Assembly (NCBI GenBank): GCA_046734175.1
Contig: JBKPQR010000031.1
Coordinates: 2,120-66,119 of the forward strand
Length of the DNA stretch: 64,000 nucleotides
DNA from: Verrucomicrobiota bacterium
GTDB lineage: Bacteria; Verrucomicrobiota; Verrucomicrobiia; Chthoniobacterales; UBA10450
Direction of reading: 5' to 3'
The notes under the pieces were generated by a model. The model was not told where the DNA came from, searched no databases, and was given only the letters and a program-made list of their open reading frames with translations. The translations under genes were made by a program, and so were the position numbers. Each line of letters begins with the position of its first letter. Within the stretch, counting starts at the first letter, position 1. Positions 36,968-47,245 of this stretch are shown piece after piece.

Positions 36968-38812
36968 TTAATGAAGATGCGAAGGATCCTTTTGCTCGGG
37001 CGTAAGCAGCCTGATCCAGCCCTCCACCTCGGGTGAAAGTGCGCCGGTGCCGGCGAGCGCCACCGTCGGCTGAATCCAGCCGTCGTGTGTCATGGGGAGC
37101 GGTTTCACTCCCTGACCGCCTGTGCCGTCAGTCGCGCCTGCGCCGCGGCTGCCATTCGCGAGCAGAATCGTTCCGACTGCGGCAGCGTCGGCGCCGTTGC
37201 CGTCTCCGTTCGGATCGGGATCGATAACGGTGAGCACATTCGCGTGCTGATTGGTGACGTAAGCGTAGTATCCGCCGCCTCGTTTCGCGCCCCAGTTCAC
37301 GCCGTGTGTGCCAGCCGGAGTCGGAACGAAGGCGACAACCTTGTCCGTGGTCGTGTCGATGATAGCAACGTGATCCGCTGAGCCGGTCGGCGGCCGGCTG
37401 ACATTAGTGAGGGAGAACACTGCTGAAGCAGACCATTTCTCATCCGGGCTAACCGGCGTTTGAATCGGGCCTTGGAGTGTGTGGAAGATGTTCAGGCCCC
37501 GCTTGCCGTCAGGCGCGAGTGTGACCGGGATATTCGCGGTGATCTTCTGCGCGTCCACATTGATGACGGTGACGAAGCCACTGACCAGATTCGCAACGTA
37601 GGCTTTGTGGACACCGTTAACGTGGCACTCGCCGACGGCGATCGGCATCAAAAGAGGTGCGGTCAGCGGGTCGTTTGGGTTTTGGCGGAATTCTTTCAGA
37701 ATCGCGCCCGTGGCTGTGTTCAGGATGCTGATCGAGCCAGCCGGGCCGATGCCTTTGAAAACGTTGGGAACAATCGTGCGATCTCCCGTTCCGCAGGTGA
37801 GCCAATGACCGTGCGGATGATTCCGACCGACGCCGGTCGGATCGCTGTCGATGATCTGCAAACCGCCGGGGCCATCCTGCACTTTCACCATATTATTGTC
37901 CGCGCTCAACGGCACCGTCAGCACGCCTTTCTGTGGCCCGTCGGTGGGAATGGTGATGATGTGGGTGGGCGCTTCGCCGACCGTGATGCTGTTAACAATG
38001 TTGCCGTTCTGCCGGTTGATCTTGTTGATCCACTGGCCAAACCAGTTGCCATTGTATACGGAATCGAGGGCGAAGTTGGCCCACATGTTGTGCGGGTTAT
38101 TCCACATGCCACCTGAGCTGAGTCCATTGATCTCGCGCTCGACATTGAAGGTAGCTGCATCCATCACCATGATCGTCCCGGGCTTAACAACGCCGGTCGC
38201 GTCCCGTTGATTGGCCACGCGCTCGAATTGCGTGTCGACCCAGACCTCACCCACACCGGGCACGGTGGGTTTCACTTGCGCGGAGGCATCGAGAATGTCC
38301 CACTTCGCCCGCTTGTCGGCATCGGTGGGCGCGATCGTGGTGATTACTGAGAGCACCGTGGTCGCGGGCAACGAATTCACTCCGAGATGCCCAATGAAAG
38401 GGAGCATCGCAGCGGTGACATCAGGAATGTTTCCGGCCGCGTCTTTCACTCCCACTACCGCGGTCATGTAGGGATGAATCTTGCAGTGGAACAGGTAAAC
38501 GCCCGGCACATCGAACGTCGCTGAAAGTGTGCCTTTCTGCGATTGGTCTTGATCCAGGACGAGCCGCGATCCGGCGGGCTTCATCAAAAGTGTAACGGTG
38601 TGTCGCGTCGTGGTGCAGCAGTTGTTGATCTTGAAATCGACTCGCTCTCCGCGCCGCACCGAGGTGAACGGCGTACCAGTGGTCTCGCTCCTGAACCAAT
38701 TGCCCGGCTGATCGGTCAGATCCATGGTATCGACCGCGCCGGCTTGGGCCGCGGAAGAAAGTGCCAGGGTCGCGACCAAGCTCGCGCAGAGATATGAGTG
38801 AACTAGTTTCAT
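36968..38812 (-). CDS. secreted cupredoxin domain fused to YVTN-type beta-propeller
   Basis: Signal peptide. N-terminal type-1 Cu pattern (TTRHTV...FHCKIHPYMTAVVGV). The remainder is propeller-like. GGAG lies 7 nt before the ATG at 38812. Confidence 0.8.
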   Translation of the reverse strand: MKLVHSYLCASLVATLALSSAAQAGAVDTMDLTDQPGNWFRSETTGTPFTSVRRGERVDFKINNCCTTTRHTVTLLMKPAGSRLVLDQDQSQKGTLSATFDVPGVYLFHCKIHPYMTAVVGVKDAAGNIPDVTAAMLPFIGHLGVNSLPATTVLSVITTIAPTDADKRAKWDILDASAQVKPTVPGVGEVWVDTQFERVANQRDATGVVKPGTIMVMDAATFNVEREINGLSSGGMWNNPHNMWANFALDSVYNGNWFGQWINKINRQNGNIVNSITVGEAPTHIITIPTDGPQKGVLTVPLSADNNMVKVQDGPGGLQIIDSDPTGVGRNHPHGHWLTCGTGDRTIVPNVFKGIGPAGSISILNTATGAILKEFRQNPNDPLTAPLLMPIAVGECHVNGVHKAYVANLVSGFVTVINVDAQKITANIPVTLAPDGKRGLNIFHTLQGPIQTPVSPDEKWSASAVFSLTNVSRPPTGSADHVAIIDTTTDKVVAFVPTPAGTHGVNWGAKRGGGYYAYVTNQHANVLTVIDPDPNGDGNGADAAAVGTILLANGSRGAGATDGTGGQGVKPLPMTHDGWIQPTVALAGTGALSPEVEGWIRLLTPEQKDPSHLH

Positions 38813-39010
38813 GAAATAACTCCTTCTTATGTTGGGCCAGCCTATTGGCGCCGAAGCCAGCCGCAATGAAGCAAAGGTTACGCGGTTGTTACTTCGGACT
38901 TCGCGCCGTCGCGGGCGAGCTAATCGGATGGCGAGCCGCTGTGAGTAGTTAAACAGCGTAGTGCTGCCGAACAGCTTCGAGCGTTTCAGCTAGAAGTTAA
39001 TTGGAACAAT

Positions 39011-39799
39011 TTATCGCGTGGCCTCGGCAGAATAGCTGGCCGGGTCCTGACGATAAAAGGCTGCGAGCTGCGCGTATAACGCGGGCTGCTTTGCGCGCAT
39101 GGCGAGCGGGCGTTCGAAGAAGGCTTCTGTCGCGACGGCAAAGAACTCCGTCGGGTTCGTCGCGCCGTAGGTGTCGAGAAGAGTTGGTATCCCTGTCTCC
39201 TCTGCCTTCCGCAACGCCTGGAATTCCCGACTCATCACTCGCGCCCAAGCCAGGTACTCAGCGCGAGTGGAAAGAGCGGGCGCGCCGTCTGTCTGCGAAT
39301 CCTCGAAATCAAGCTGATGCGCGAATTCGTGGAACACCAAATTTTTGCCGTCGGTCGGATCAGCGGCGCCGCGTTTCACTTCGTCCCAAGCGAGCACGAG
39401 TGACCCCATTCGCCGCCCGGTATGACCAAGACGACCTTCTTCGCCTTGCTCCCAAATCTTGTCGCCGAGGTAGCGATCTTCCTGCGCCATGTAAGCCGAA
39501 GGATAAACAAGGATCGACGTCAGCTCAGGATAGTAATCGGTCTCGCGATGCAGGAGAAGCAGGCACGCTTGCGCGGCGATGGTGACGCGAATCTCATCGC
39601 TGAGTTCGAGTCCGCCGCAGCCTTCAAAATGTTTTTCGGCGAGGAAAACCTGGACGTGACTGAGAAGCTCGGATTGATCGGCGGATGGGAGACGGCGAAA
39701 GATAGGCAGGTTACGATTAATGATCGACTTCCATACGCCTGGAAAAGGTCGCGCCCGCAGACGATCGCGCCGGCGACATTTCAGAAAGTTGAAAATCAT
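39011..39799 (-). CDS. M90 (MtfA-like) zinc metallopeptidase
   Basis: HEFAHQLD zinc motif, and the size and pattern of Peptidase_M90. Confidence 0.85.
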   Translation of the reverse strand: MIFNFLKCRRRDRLRARPFPGVWKSIINRNLPIFRRLPSADQSELLSHVQVFLAEKHFEGCGGLELSDEIRVTIAAQACLLLLHRETDYYPELTSILVYPSAYMAQEDRYLGDKIWEQGEEGRLGHTGRRMGSLVLAWDEVKRGAADPTDGKNLVFHEFAHQLDFEDSQTDGAPALSTRAEYLAWARVMSREFQALRKAEETGIPTLLDTYGATNPTEFFAVATEAFFERPLAMRAKQPALYAQLAAFYRQDPASYSAEATR

Positions 39800-39870
39800 G
39801 CGCGCGCTTGGATCGTTTCGCTCCTTTTGATCACCTACTGGGCAAAATAGGTGTGGGATACCTGGCTGCG

Positions 39871-40533
39871 TTATGCCGATGTCGCCTTCGTGATCGCCGC
39901 TTTCGTCGAGTCCACGTAAACGGTGGATTCATCGTAGCTGATCCGGGAAATTTTCTCCGTCGGTATGCGAATCTCTTTTCCAGAAAACCAATGTCCCGAT
40001 TCGACCACGATTTCGGCAATCTTCCACGTCCTTGCGTCCACCAGGAAGTCAGCCACCTCGCCGACGACTCCATCACTTGCTTCCACGTTGTAGCCTTTTA
40101 CCACACGCGTGCTGCGGAGATGTGAATCGGCTCCGCGTTCCTTTGCGGCGCTCGAAGGTGGAGGAGGAGCGACTACAGGATAACCCGCCAAGCCCCACAG
40201 TGGCCACGACTCTGCATAGTAGGGATAACCGTAATGACGATGAAATTCCTCTTCATGCTGGCGAGACACGGGTTTGTGTTCGTCGATCGATGGACTGTCT
40301 TCGATCTGTTTCCGAGTCAACTTCACGCCCAATACGCTTCCTTGCGGAGAAAGATGACCCAGCGCCTGCGGAGAAATCAGCACCAGGCGTCCGGTGAGCC
40401 ATCCACCGGTGTCGGCGACCAGATAGCGGACCGTCCAAGTCTTATCGTCGAAATAGAAGTCTCTAACTTGGCCGATCTCGCCGTCCGATGCGCGTAGTTT
40501 CTCGCCGTATCGTTGGTGAATGCTATGCAACAT
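39871..40533 (-). CDS. PRC-barrel domain protein (two barrels)
   Basis: LRASDGEIGQVRDFYFDDKTWTVRYLVADTGGWLTGRLVLISP plus a second copy, VEASDGVVGEVADFLVDARTWKIAEIVV. Confidence 0.85.
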   Translation of the reverse strand: MLHSIHQRYGEKLRASDGEIGQVRDFYFDDKTWTVRYLVADTGGWLTGRLVLISPQALGHLSPQGSVLGVKLTRKQIEDSPSIDEHKPVSRQHEEEFHRHYGYPYYAESWPLWGLAGYPVVAPPPPSSAAKERGADSHLRSTRVVKGYNVEASDGVVGEVADFLVDARTWKIAEIVVESGHWFSGKEIRIPTEKISRISYDESTVYVDSTKAAITKATSA

Positions 40534-40663
40534 AACGAATCCTCTTTTATCACCGCTCAGCACCCAGAGCCACGGCTTGTTCAGTGCCGATTAAGAAAAG
40601 TACCTCCGATAAACTCCGCGCGACAATTACGATTCGCGATAACGTTTTTCAGGTGAAAGCGAC

Positions 40664-40691
40664 AATAAGTCAAGAATCTGTTTGAGTTATT
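40664..40691. promoter_or_regulatory. inverted repeat AATAAGTCAA-N8-TTGAGTTATT (copy 2 of 4)
   Basis: 9/10 arms. Lies between the PRC-barrel gene and the HTH regulator gene, about 25 nt upstream of the latter. Confidence 0.5.
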
Positions 40692-40716
40692 GACAATCTT
40701 CTCCGATGATTAGCGT

Positions 40717-41346
40717 ATGAAACCGATCGGTTGGCGAATGCGCTTGATGGAAAGCTCGCGCGGGAAAATTCTCGATCTGCTGCGGGCCAGGGACCAAACC
40801 GTAAACGAATTGGCGGCCGCTTTGGGATTAACGGACAACGCGGTGCGGGCACACCTCTTGAGTCTGGAACGAGACGGGCTTGCCCGCCAGTCCGGATCGC
40901 AGCCCGGCGTGAGAAAGCCGCACGCGACTTATGCGCTCACTCCGGAAGCTGAGCAGATCTTCCCAAAATCCTACGGTCTCCTGCTCGATCTCCTTCTCAT
41001 TGTCATTTCAAAACAGCTGAGCCCAAGAGAACTCCGCGCGGCTATGCGCGAAGTGGGCAGGAGAGTGGCTGATACCCATCTCTTCGAGCTCAAAGGCAAA
41101 TCACGGAACGAGCGCATCGAAGCGGCTCTGCGCATCCTGAAAGACCTGGGAGGAGCAGCGACCTTTGAAGAGAGCGACGGCAAACACTTCATTCGCGGCA
41201 ACGGCTGCCCGTTGGCGGCTGCGACCGCTCGCCATCCTGAAGCGTGTCTAATTGCCGAGACATTGCTCAGCCAAATCATCGGCGTTCCCGTGAAAGAACA
41301 TTGCATTCACGGGAGTGCCCCGTCGTGTCGCTTCCAAGTCCGTTGA
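40717..41346 (+). CDS. ArsR/COG2345-type HTH regulator with Cys-rich C-terminal domain (SufR-like architecture)
   Basis: HTH region ILDLLRARDQTVNELAAALGLTDNAVRAHLLSLERDGL. C-terminal C-X12-C-X18-C-X7-C (GCPLAAATARHPEAC...HCIHGSAPSC). Confidence 0.75.
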   Translation: MKPIGWRMRLMESSRGKILDLLRARDQTVNELAAALGLTDNAVRAHLLSLERDGLARQSGSQPGVRKPHATYALTPEAEQIFPKSYGLLLDLLLIVISKQLSPRELRAAMREVGRRVADTHLFELKGKSRNERIEAALRILKDLGGAATFEESDGKHFIRGNGCPLAAATARHPEACLIAETLLSQIIGVPVKEHCIHGSAPSCRFQVR

Positions 41347-41396
41347 TCCGTCCATTTACCGGGCAGCGTGCTTGCAAGCGCAGTAGTGTTACCGTT

Positions 41397-41642
41397 CTAA
41401 ATAACGATTCCTCGTGCTTCCAGGGCCTTGGCCACGTCTTCGACGCGGGCATCCGGTAACATGGTGCCGTCGATGTCGAGAGTGGGACTCTTGCTTTGGC
41501 CGGATGCGGCCTCCACTTCTTTTGCGTAGGCAGGATTGGTCGTGACGTTCTTTACTTCGAAAGGAACGTTGAGCTCGTTCAAAAAGCCCATCACTGCGGC
41601 TGACCAGGGACAACCAGATTTCCGGTAAAGGGTGACCTTCAT
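41397..41642 (-). CDS. glutaredoxin-like thioredoxin-fold protein
   Basis: 81 aa with MKVTLYRKSGCPWS active-site region and ...SPTLDIDG. Confidence 0.8.
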   Translation of the reverse strand: MKVTLYRKSGCPWSAAVMGFLNELNVPFEVKNVTTNPAYAKEVEAASGQSKSPTLDIDGTMLPDARVEDVAKALEARGIVI

Positions 41643-41671
41643 GTTTCAAGATCTAAGACATCCATCATGGT

Positions 41672-41699
41672 AAATAGTCAATACTTATTTTGATTTATT
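41672..41699. promoter_or_regulatory. inverted repeat AAATAGTCAA-N8-TTGATTTATT (copy 3 of 4)
   Basis: Imperfect arms. The right arm TTGATT is followed after 17 nt by TATAAA (41713-41718), upstream of the GH15 gene. Confidence 0.5.
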
Positions 41700-41756
41700 C
41701 AACGGGGCACACTATAAAGGGCCGACGCGGAACTGTCATCAGCTCCGCCTGACATC

Positions 41757-44126
41757 ATGAATACCGAATCAACTCCTCAATTTCGACACGCCTTCGGCGC
41801 GCCGGGAGCAGAACCGCGCTGGACTCAAAGCAGAAAGGAAGGAATCGGCACCGCCTATCACACCAGCTGCCGGCTTTGGTACACGATCTCGCATGGAATC
41901 ATAGACGAAATTTATTATCCGCACGTCGATCAGCCGAATACGCGCGACCTCCAGTTTCTCATCACGGATGGCGAGACCTTCTTTCATGAGGAACGGCGGG
42001 ATTTGGAGCACACCATCGAGTATCCCGAGAAAGGAACGCTGGTTTACCGGCTGACCAATTCAGATCCCGACAGCCGCTACCGTATCATCAAGGAGATCAT
42101 AGCGGATCCGCACTCATCGGTCCTCCTTATGCAGACGCGAATCGAAATCGGCGATGAATCGCTCCGCGAAAAGCTGCGCGTCTTCCTTTTGCTCGCGCCG
42201 CATCTCAAACGCGGCGGCTGGCATAATTCCGGGGCGCTCTGCAACAGTGACGGGCGCGCTTTGATCCGTGCCTGGCGGGAGGACCTGCATCTGATGGTTG
42301 GCTGCACGCCTGATTTTACCCGCCGGTCCATCGGCTACGTGGGCGCGAGCGATGGCTGGCAGGATTTGCAGAACTTCAAAATGGATTGGGAATTCCCGGA
42401 AGCGCACGATGGGAACATCGCTCTCACTGCCGAGGTGAACCTCACCCGCGGCGGCGAATTTACGGTTGGCGTCGCTTTTGGCCGCACCCTGCAAAGCGCG
42501 ACGGCGAAGCTGCTCCAGTCACTCGCCACGCCCTACGAGCAGCACCGCAAAACCTTTGTCGAGCAATGGCATCGCGCCTCCTCTTCGCTCGACCTGAGCG
42601 CGCACACCGGCGATGGCGGCGGAATGCATCGGCTCAGCCGCTGCATCTTGCTCGCGCACGAAGACAAGACTTTTCGCGGCGCGATCGTCGCTTCGATGAG
42701 CATTCCATGGGGCGAGATCAAAGGTGATGACGAGCTTGGTGGCTACCATCTCGTCTGGCCGCGCGATCTCGCGCAAAGCGCAATCGGTTTGCTCGCAAGC
42801 GGGCAGACAGAGACAGCGCGCGCCGCTTTGATTTGGCTGGCTTGTTTGCAGGAATCGAACGGCGAATTGCCGCAGAACTCGTGGATTGATGGCGAAGCAT
42901 ATTGGACGGGGCTTCAACTCGATGAAGTGGCCGCGCCAATCCTCCTCGCCTGGCATCTGCACAAAGCGAATGCACTCGGGGTCTTCGATGCGTGGACCAT
43001 CATCTCGCGCGCGGCAAGTTATTTAATCCTTTACGGACCAATCACGCGGCAGGAGCGCTGGGAGGAAGCATCCGGCTACTCGCCTGGCACTATTGCCGCG
43101 ATTATCGCCGGGCTGGTGATCGTCGCGGAATTCGCGCGCGCGCGCGGTGATGAAAACACGGCGCAGTTCACCCTCGATTATGCCGACTGGCTCTCGGCAC
43201 ACGTTGAGGAATGGACGGTCACAACCTGTGGCGAGCTCGTGCCGGGCCGGCTACGCCATTACATTCGTGTTACGCCGGCCGATTGTCACGATCCGCACGC
43301 GACCGCGCATCCCGATACAGCCATGCTCCGCATCGCGAACGGCGGCGGAGAGTATCCCGCGCGCAATGTGGTCGGCGGAGATTTTCTCAGCCTGGTGCGG
43401 CTCGGTCTGCGCGACCCGCTCGACCCGCTCATCGTCGATTCGCTCGCGGTGATTGATGCCGTGATCAAACATGATCTTCCGCAAGGCCCATGCTGGCAGC
43501 GTTACAATCACGACGGCTACGGGCAACATGCGGACGGCGCGCCGTTCGATGGCGCTGGAGTCGGCGGCGCGTGGCCGCTGCTCACGGGCGAGCGTGGCCA
43601 CTACGAGCTGGCGGCAGGAGGCGACCCATTGCCTTTTATAAAAGCGCTCGAGCGTTTCTCAAATGCAGGTGGAATGTTGCCTGAGCAGGTTTGGTTTAGT
43701 GCCGGCTTACCAGGAACGAGGTTCAAACCTGGCATGCCGACGGGCTCCGCCATGCCGCTTTGCTGGGCACACGCGGAATATCTCAGTTTGGTGCGCAGCC
43801 GCGCCGAAGGTGTGCCGTTCGATCGCGTTGCACCTGCGTACCAGCGCTACGTCGAGGAGCGTACTGGTTCGAACATCGAAATGTGGACATGCACGCATCG
43901 GCGGGCGGCCATCCGAGCGGGCAAGACATTGCGCGTGATCACCGGCGGCCCGGCCGCAATTCGTTGGCGCGCGACCGGCGGCGCCGCAGGTGAAGTGACT
44001 GCAAGCGAAACTGCGCTTGGACTTTGGTACGCCGATTTACAGACTGCCGATTCTCCTAAAGCAACTGAGATCGAGTTCACGCTGCGTTGCGGACAGGACG
44101 AACGCCATCGCGTCGTTATCACTTAA
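41757..44126 (+). CDS. glycoside hydrolase family 15 glucoamylase/glucodextranase
   Basis: 789 aa: N-terminal beta-sandwich plus an (alpha/alpha)6 catalytic domain pattern ([25 protein letters not shown]). Confidence 0.9.
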   Translation: MNTESTPQFRHAFGAPGAEPRWTQSRKEGIGTAYHTSCRLWYTISHGIIDEIYYPHVDQPNTRDLQFLITDGETFFHEERRDLEHTIEYPEKGTLVYRLTNSDPDSRYRIIKEIIADPHSSVLLMQTRIEIGDESLREKLRVFLLLAPHLKRGGWHNSGALCNSDGRALIRAWREDLHLMVGCTPDFTRRSIGYVGASDGWQDLQNFKMDWEFPEAHDGNIALTAEVNLTRGGEFTVGVAFGRTLQSATAKLLQSLATPYEQHRKTFVEQWHRASSSLDLSAHTGDGGGMHRLSRCILLAHEDKTFRGAIVASMSIPWGEIKGDDELGGYHLVWPRDLAQSAIGLLASGQTETARAALIWLACLQESNGELPQNSWIDGEAYWTGLQLDEVAAPILLAWHLHKANALGVFDAWTIISRAASYLILYGPITRQERWEEASGYSPGTIAAIIAGLVIVAEFARARGDENTAQFTLDYADWLSAHVEEWTVTTCGELVPGRLRHYIRVTPADCHDPHATAHPDTAMLRIANGGGEYPARNVVGGDFLSLVRLGLRDPLDPLIVDSLAVIDAVIKHDLPQGPCWQRYNHDGYGQHADGAPFDGAGVGGAWPLLTGERGHYELAAGGDPLPFIKALERFSNAGGMLPEQVWFSAGLPGTRFKPGMPTGSAMPLCWAHAEYLSLVRSRAEGVPFDRVAPAYQRYVEERTGSNIEMWTCTHRRAAIRAGKTLRVITGGPAAIRWRATGGAAGEVTASETALGLWYADLQTADSPKATEIEFTLRCGQDERHRVVIT

Positions 44127-44802
44127 CCAGCGCGAGAAACTCGGTGCGGCTGGCGAGGTTTTCCTTGAACGCGCCGAGCAGACAGGAGGTCACCATTTTG
44201 CCTTCCTGCTTGCGCACGCCACGACTGCACATGCACTGGTGCTTTGCTTCGATCATCACCGCCACGCCTTTCGGCTTCAGAACGCGCTGCAAGTCAGTCG
44301 CGACCTGATATGTCATGCGTTCCTGCACCTGGAGCCGGCGCGCGTACATATCGGTCAAGCGCGCGAGCTTCGAGAGGCCGACGATCTTCTCGTTCGGTAG
44401 ATAAGCGATGTGCGCTTTGCCGTAGAAAGGCAGCATGTGATGCTCGCAGGTGGAGAAAAACTCGAAGTCTCGCAGCAGCACCATTTCGTCGTACTTCTCT
44501 GCCTGAAACTGCGTGACTAGGATGTCCTCCGCCCGTTGCGAGTAGCCGGAATAGAGTTCCGTCCAGGAACGCACAATCCGATCGGGTGTTTGTTGCAGGC
44601 CCTCCCGCTCGGGATCGTCGCCGATGCGGCGCAAGATTTCGCGAAGCAGTTCCTTCGAATCGACCATCGAAAGGTCAGGAGAGTACGGCAATTCACGAAA
44701 CGGTATAGGGAACGTCCCGTTGGCGCAGTGTGATCCATTGACGTGGAGTGGAAAGCCATCGGCATTGTTCAGGTCGACCCGGAGATCTGTAGCTGTATCC
44801 AT
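44119..44802 (-). CDS. folE: GTP cyclohydrolase I
   Basis: [22 protein letters not shown] and QVQERMT motifs. Confidence 0.9.
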   Translation of the reverse strand: MDTATDLRVDLNNADGFPLHVNGSHCANGTFPIPFRELPYSPDLSMVDSKELLREILRRIGDDPEREGLQQTPDRIVRSWTELYSGYSQRAEDILVTQFQAEKYDEMVLLRDFEFFSTCEHHMLPFYGKAHIAYLPNEKIVGLSKLARLTDMYARRLQVQERMTYQVATDLQRVLKPKGVAVMIEAKHQCMCSRGVRKQEGKMVTSCLLGAFKENLASRTEFLALVK

Positions 44803-44827
44803 GACGGGATTTAAACCGCAGGACAGA

Positions 44828-44855
44828 AATAAGTCAATATATCTCTTGACTTATT
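44828..44855. promoter_or_regulatory. inverted repeat AATAAGTCAA-N8-TTGACTTATT (copy 4 of 4)
   Basis: Perfect 10-bp arms. On the minus strand, TTGACT-N17-TTAAAT ends 6 nt before the folE ATG. Confidence 0.5.
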
Positions 44856-44879
44856 GTGCTTGGCTCTGACAGTCGCCAC

Positions 44880-45311
44880 ATGAATGCAGTTCTATCCAAC
44901 ACGTCGGGTCGCCTTGCCGCGGTGAATACCAGCAGCGCGACGTCTCCCGCCTATCAGGCCTTTCGCATCCTTCAGCTTGGTTTTGTCGCGGCGCCGGTCC
45001 TCGCCGGTCTCGACAAGTTTTTCCATCTTCTGGTCAACTGGGATCAATACCTGCCCTCGGCGATCGCGAATTTGTCGCCGATCGGACCGCACAACCTGAT
45101 GCTTGTGGTCGGCGCGATTGAGATCGTCGCAGGGATCGGTGTGGCGCTGAAGCCGCGCATCTTCGCCTACGTCGTAGCTGGGTGGCTCGCCGTAATCATT
45201 CTGAATCTTCTGCTCATCCGGGGCTACTTCGATGTCGCTCTCCGCGATTTCGGCCTGCTTCTCGCCGCCCTCGCTCTCGCGCGGTTGAGTCAGCAATTCT
45301 CCCACGAGTGA
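44880..45311 (+). CDS. small multi-TM membrane protein (DoxX-like?)
   Basis: Four hydrophobic segments. The family assignment is tentative. Confidence 0.55.
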   Translation: MNAVLSNTSGRLAAVNTSSATSPAYQAFRILQLGFVAAPVLAGLDKFFHLLVNWDQYLPSAIANLSPIGPHNLMLVVGAIEIVAGIGVALKPRIFAYVVAGWLAVIILNLLLIRGYFDVALRDFGLLLAALALARLSQQFSHE

Positions 45312-45317
45312 TCTGCC

Positions 45318-46562
45318 ATGGCCACGTATGACTATCTCGTCATCGGTGGCGGGATGACGGCGGCAGCCGCAGCCGACGGCATTCGCGAAATCGATGCTCG
45401 CGGAAGAATCGGCATTATCAGCGCGGAGCCGGATGCGCCTTACAATCGTCCTCCGCTTTCGAAAGGATTGTGGAAAGGCGATGCGCTGGAAAGCGTCTGG
45501 CGTAAATCAACGGACAAGCTGCAGACGCTTCATTTGGGGTGTGTAGTCGAGAAAATCCTGCCCGCGGAGAAGCAGGTGGCCGACGCGACAGGAGAAATCT
45601 TCATTTACAACAAGCTGTTGCTCGCGACGGGCGGTTCGCCGCGTCGGCTGACTTTTGACGTCAGTGAAATAATTTACTTCCGCACGCTTTCCGACTACCG
45701 GCGTCTTCGCGCTTTAAGCGAGACGGGCGCCCGGTTCGCCGTCATCGGCGGCGGCTTCATCGGAACCGAAATCGCGGCAGCCCTGGCGATGAATGGAAAG
45801 GAGGTCGTGCTGATTTTCCCGGGCAAGGAAATTGGCGAGCGCCTCTTCCCTCGCGAATTAGCTCAGTACGTCTCCCGCGTTTACCGGCAAAAAGGCGTCG
45901 AGCTGGTTCCCGGTGAAAAGGTTGTTAAATCCGAGCCGCGGGGCAATCAGCACGTGCTCACAATCACGTCTGGTCGCAAGCTCGTCGTTGATGGGGTGGT
46001 CGCAGGCATCGGCATAGAGCCAGATATTGAGCTCGCGAAAACCGCGGGCGTGTCGACAAACAAAGGCATTATCGTCGATGAATTCCTTCGCACTTCGGTT
46101 CCGGATATCTACGCGGCCGGCGATGTCGCCGAGTTCTACAACCCGGCTTTGGGGAAACGGATGCGTGTCGAGCACGAAGACAACGCCAACTCCATGGGGC
46201 GATTGGCTGGCCGGAATATGGCGGGCATGAATGAACCGTATGACCACCTACCCTCGTTTTATTCCGACATGTTCGAGCTAGGATATGAAGCGGTCGGTGA
46301 AGTGGACTCCCGACTGGAGGCATTCGCTGACTGGAAGCGACTTAATGAGGAAGGCGTCATCTACTATTTAAAGGATGAACGCGTTCGAGGTGTGTTGCTT
46401 TGGAATGTGTGGGGGCAGGTTGACGCTGCGCGCGCGCTGATCGCAGAGCGTAGATCGTTCACGCGAGAGAATCTCAAAGGGCGCATACCGGGGGCGGTAC
46501 CGGCTGAGAAAGTCGACCTAACCGAAGGCTCTGCCGCTAACACTAAGGGCCAAACATGTTGA
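45318..46562 (+). CDS. FAD/NAD(P)-dependent oxidoreductase (ferredoxin-reductase/AIF-like)
   Basis: Two Rossmann motifs (IGGGMTAAAAA, IGGGFIGTEIAAAL) and AAGDVA. Confidence 0.9.
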   Translation: MATYDYLVIGGGMTAAAAADGIREIDARGRIGIISAEPDAPYNRPPLSKGLWKGDALESVWRKSTDKLQTLHLGCVVEKILPAEKQVADATGEIFIYNKLLLATGGSPRRLTFDVSEIIYFRTLSDYRRLRALSETGARFAVIGGGFIGTEIAAALAMNGKEVVLIFPGKEIGERLFPRELAQYVSRVYRQKGVELVPGEKVVKSEPRGNQHVLTITSGRKLVVDGVVAGIGIEPDIELAKTAGVSTNKGIIVDEFLRTSVPDIYAAGDVAEFYNPALGKRMRVEHEDNANSMGRLAGRNMAGMNEPYDHLPSFYSDMFELGYEAVGEVDSRLEAFADWKRLNEEGVIYYLKDERVRGVLLWNVWGQVDAARALIAERRSFTRENLKGRIPGAVPAEKVDLTEGSAANTKGQTC

Positions 46563-47245
46563 ATATCGCTCTGCCAGAGATTGAACAAATCGCGGGCTCC
46601 AGCACGAACGCGAGCGTGATACCGCTGCCGACACATCATTCGTTGCAAGCTCGGCGTTCAGCTTCGGTGACGATGTTCAAGCCCATTTGCACGCAACTGC
46701 CGCGCTGCAAGAAAGAGAATCTGGAACCGGTGATCGAACTCGCCGTCGAGATCGCGCGCGAAGGCCGGGAAGGCCGCCGAATCGGGACGCTGTTTACGTT
46801 TGGTGATGCCGAGGCGGTTTTAGCGCGCTCGCGTCCGCTCATCCTCGATCCGCTGGCCGGGCATTCCGATGAATTGCGCAACATTCGAAACGCGAACCTG
46901 CGCGGCACAGTCAAAGAGCTTGCCCAGCTCGATGGCGCTTTCGTGGTGTCGAACAGCGGCGTTGTCGTTTCCGCTTGTCGCTATCTCGATGCCATGGCGT
47001 CAGATGTTGTCCTTCCATTTGGGCTTGGGAGCCGCCACGTCGCCGGCGCTTCGATTTCCGCGGTGACAGAGGCAGTCGCGATCGTTGTATCAGAAAGCGC
47101 GATGGTCCGCGTTTTCGACAACGGCAGTCTCATCGCAGAAATCATTCCTGAGCTGTGGCTCCTGAGCCATCACGATGTGCAGTTACGCGGCCCACTGCTG
47201 GAAGAGCGGCAAGGCGACATTGCTGTCCTTGTCACGCGTCCATGA
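46556..47245 (+). CDS. DisA_N (diadenylate cyclase-like) domain protein
   Basis: LDGAFVVSNSGVVVSACRYL and GLGSRHVAGASISAVTEAVAIVVSESAMVRVF match the DAC-domain pattern, but RHV replaces RHR. The start may be 46673. Confidence 0.65.
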   Translation: MLNIALPEIEQIAGSSTNASVIPLPTHHSLQARRSASVTMFKPICTQLPRCKKENLEPVIELAVEIAREGREGRRIGTLFTFGDAEAVLARSRPLILDPLAGHSDELRNIRNANLRGTVKELAQLDGAFVVSNSGVVVSACRYLDAMASDVVLPFGLGSRHVAGASISAVTEAVAIVVSESAMVRVFDNGSLIAEIIPELWLLSHHDVQLRGPLLEERQGDIAVLVTRP

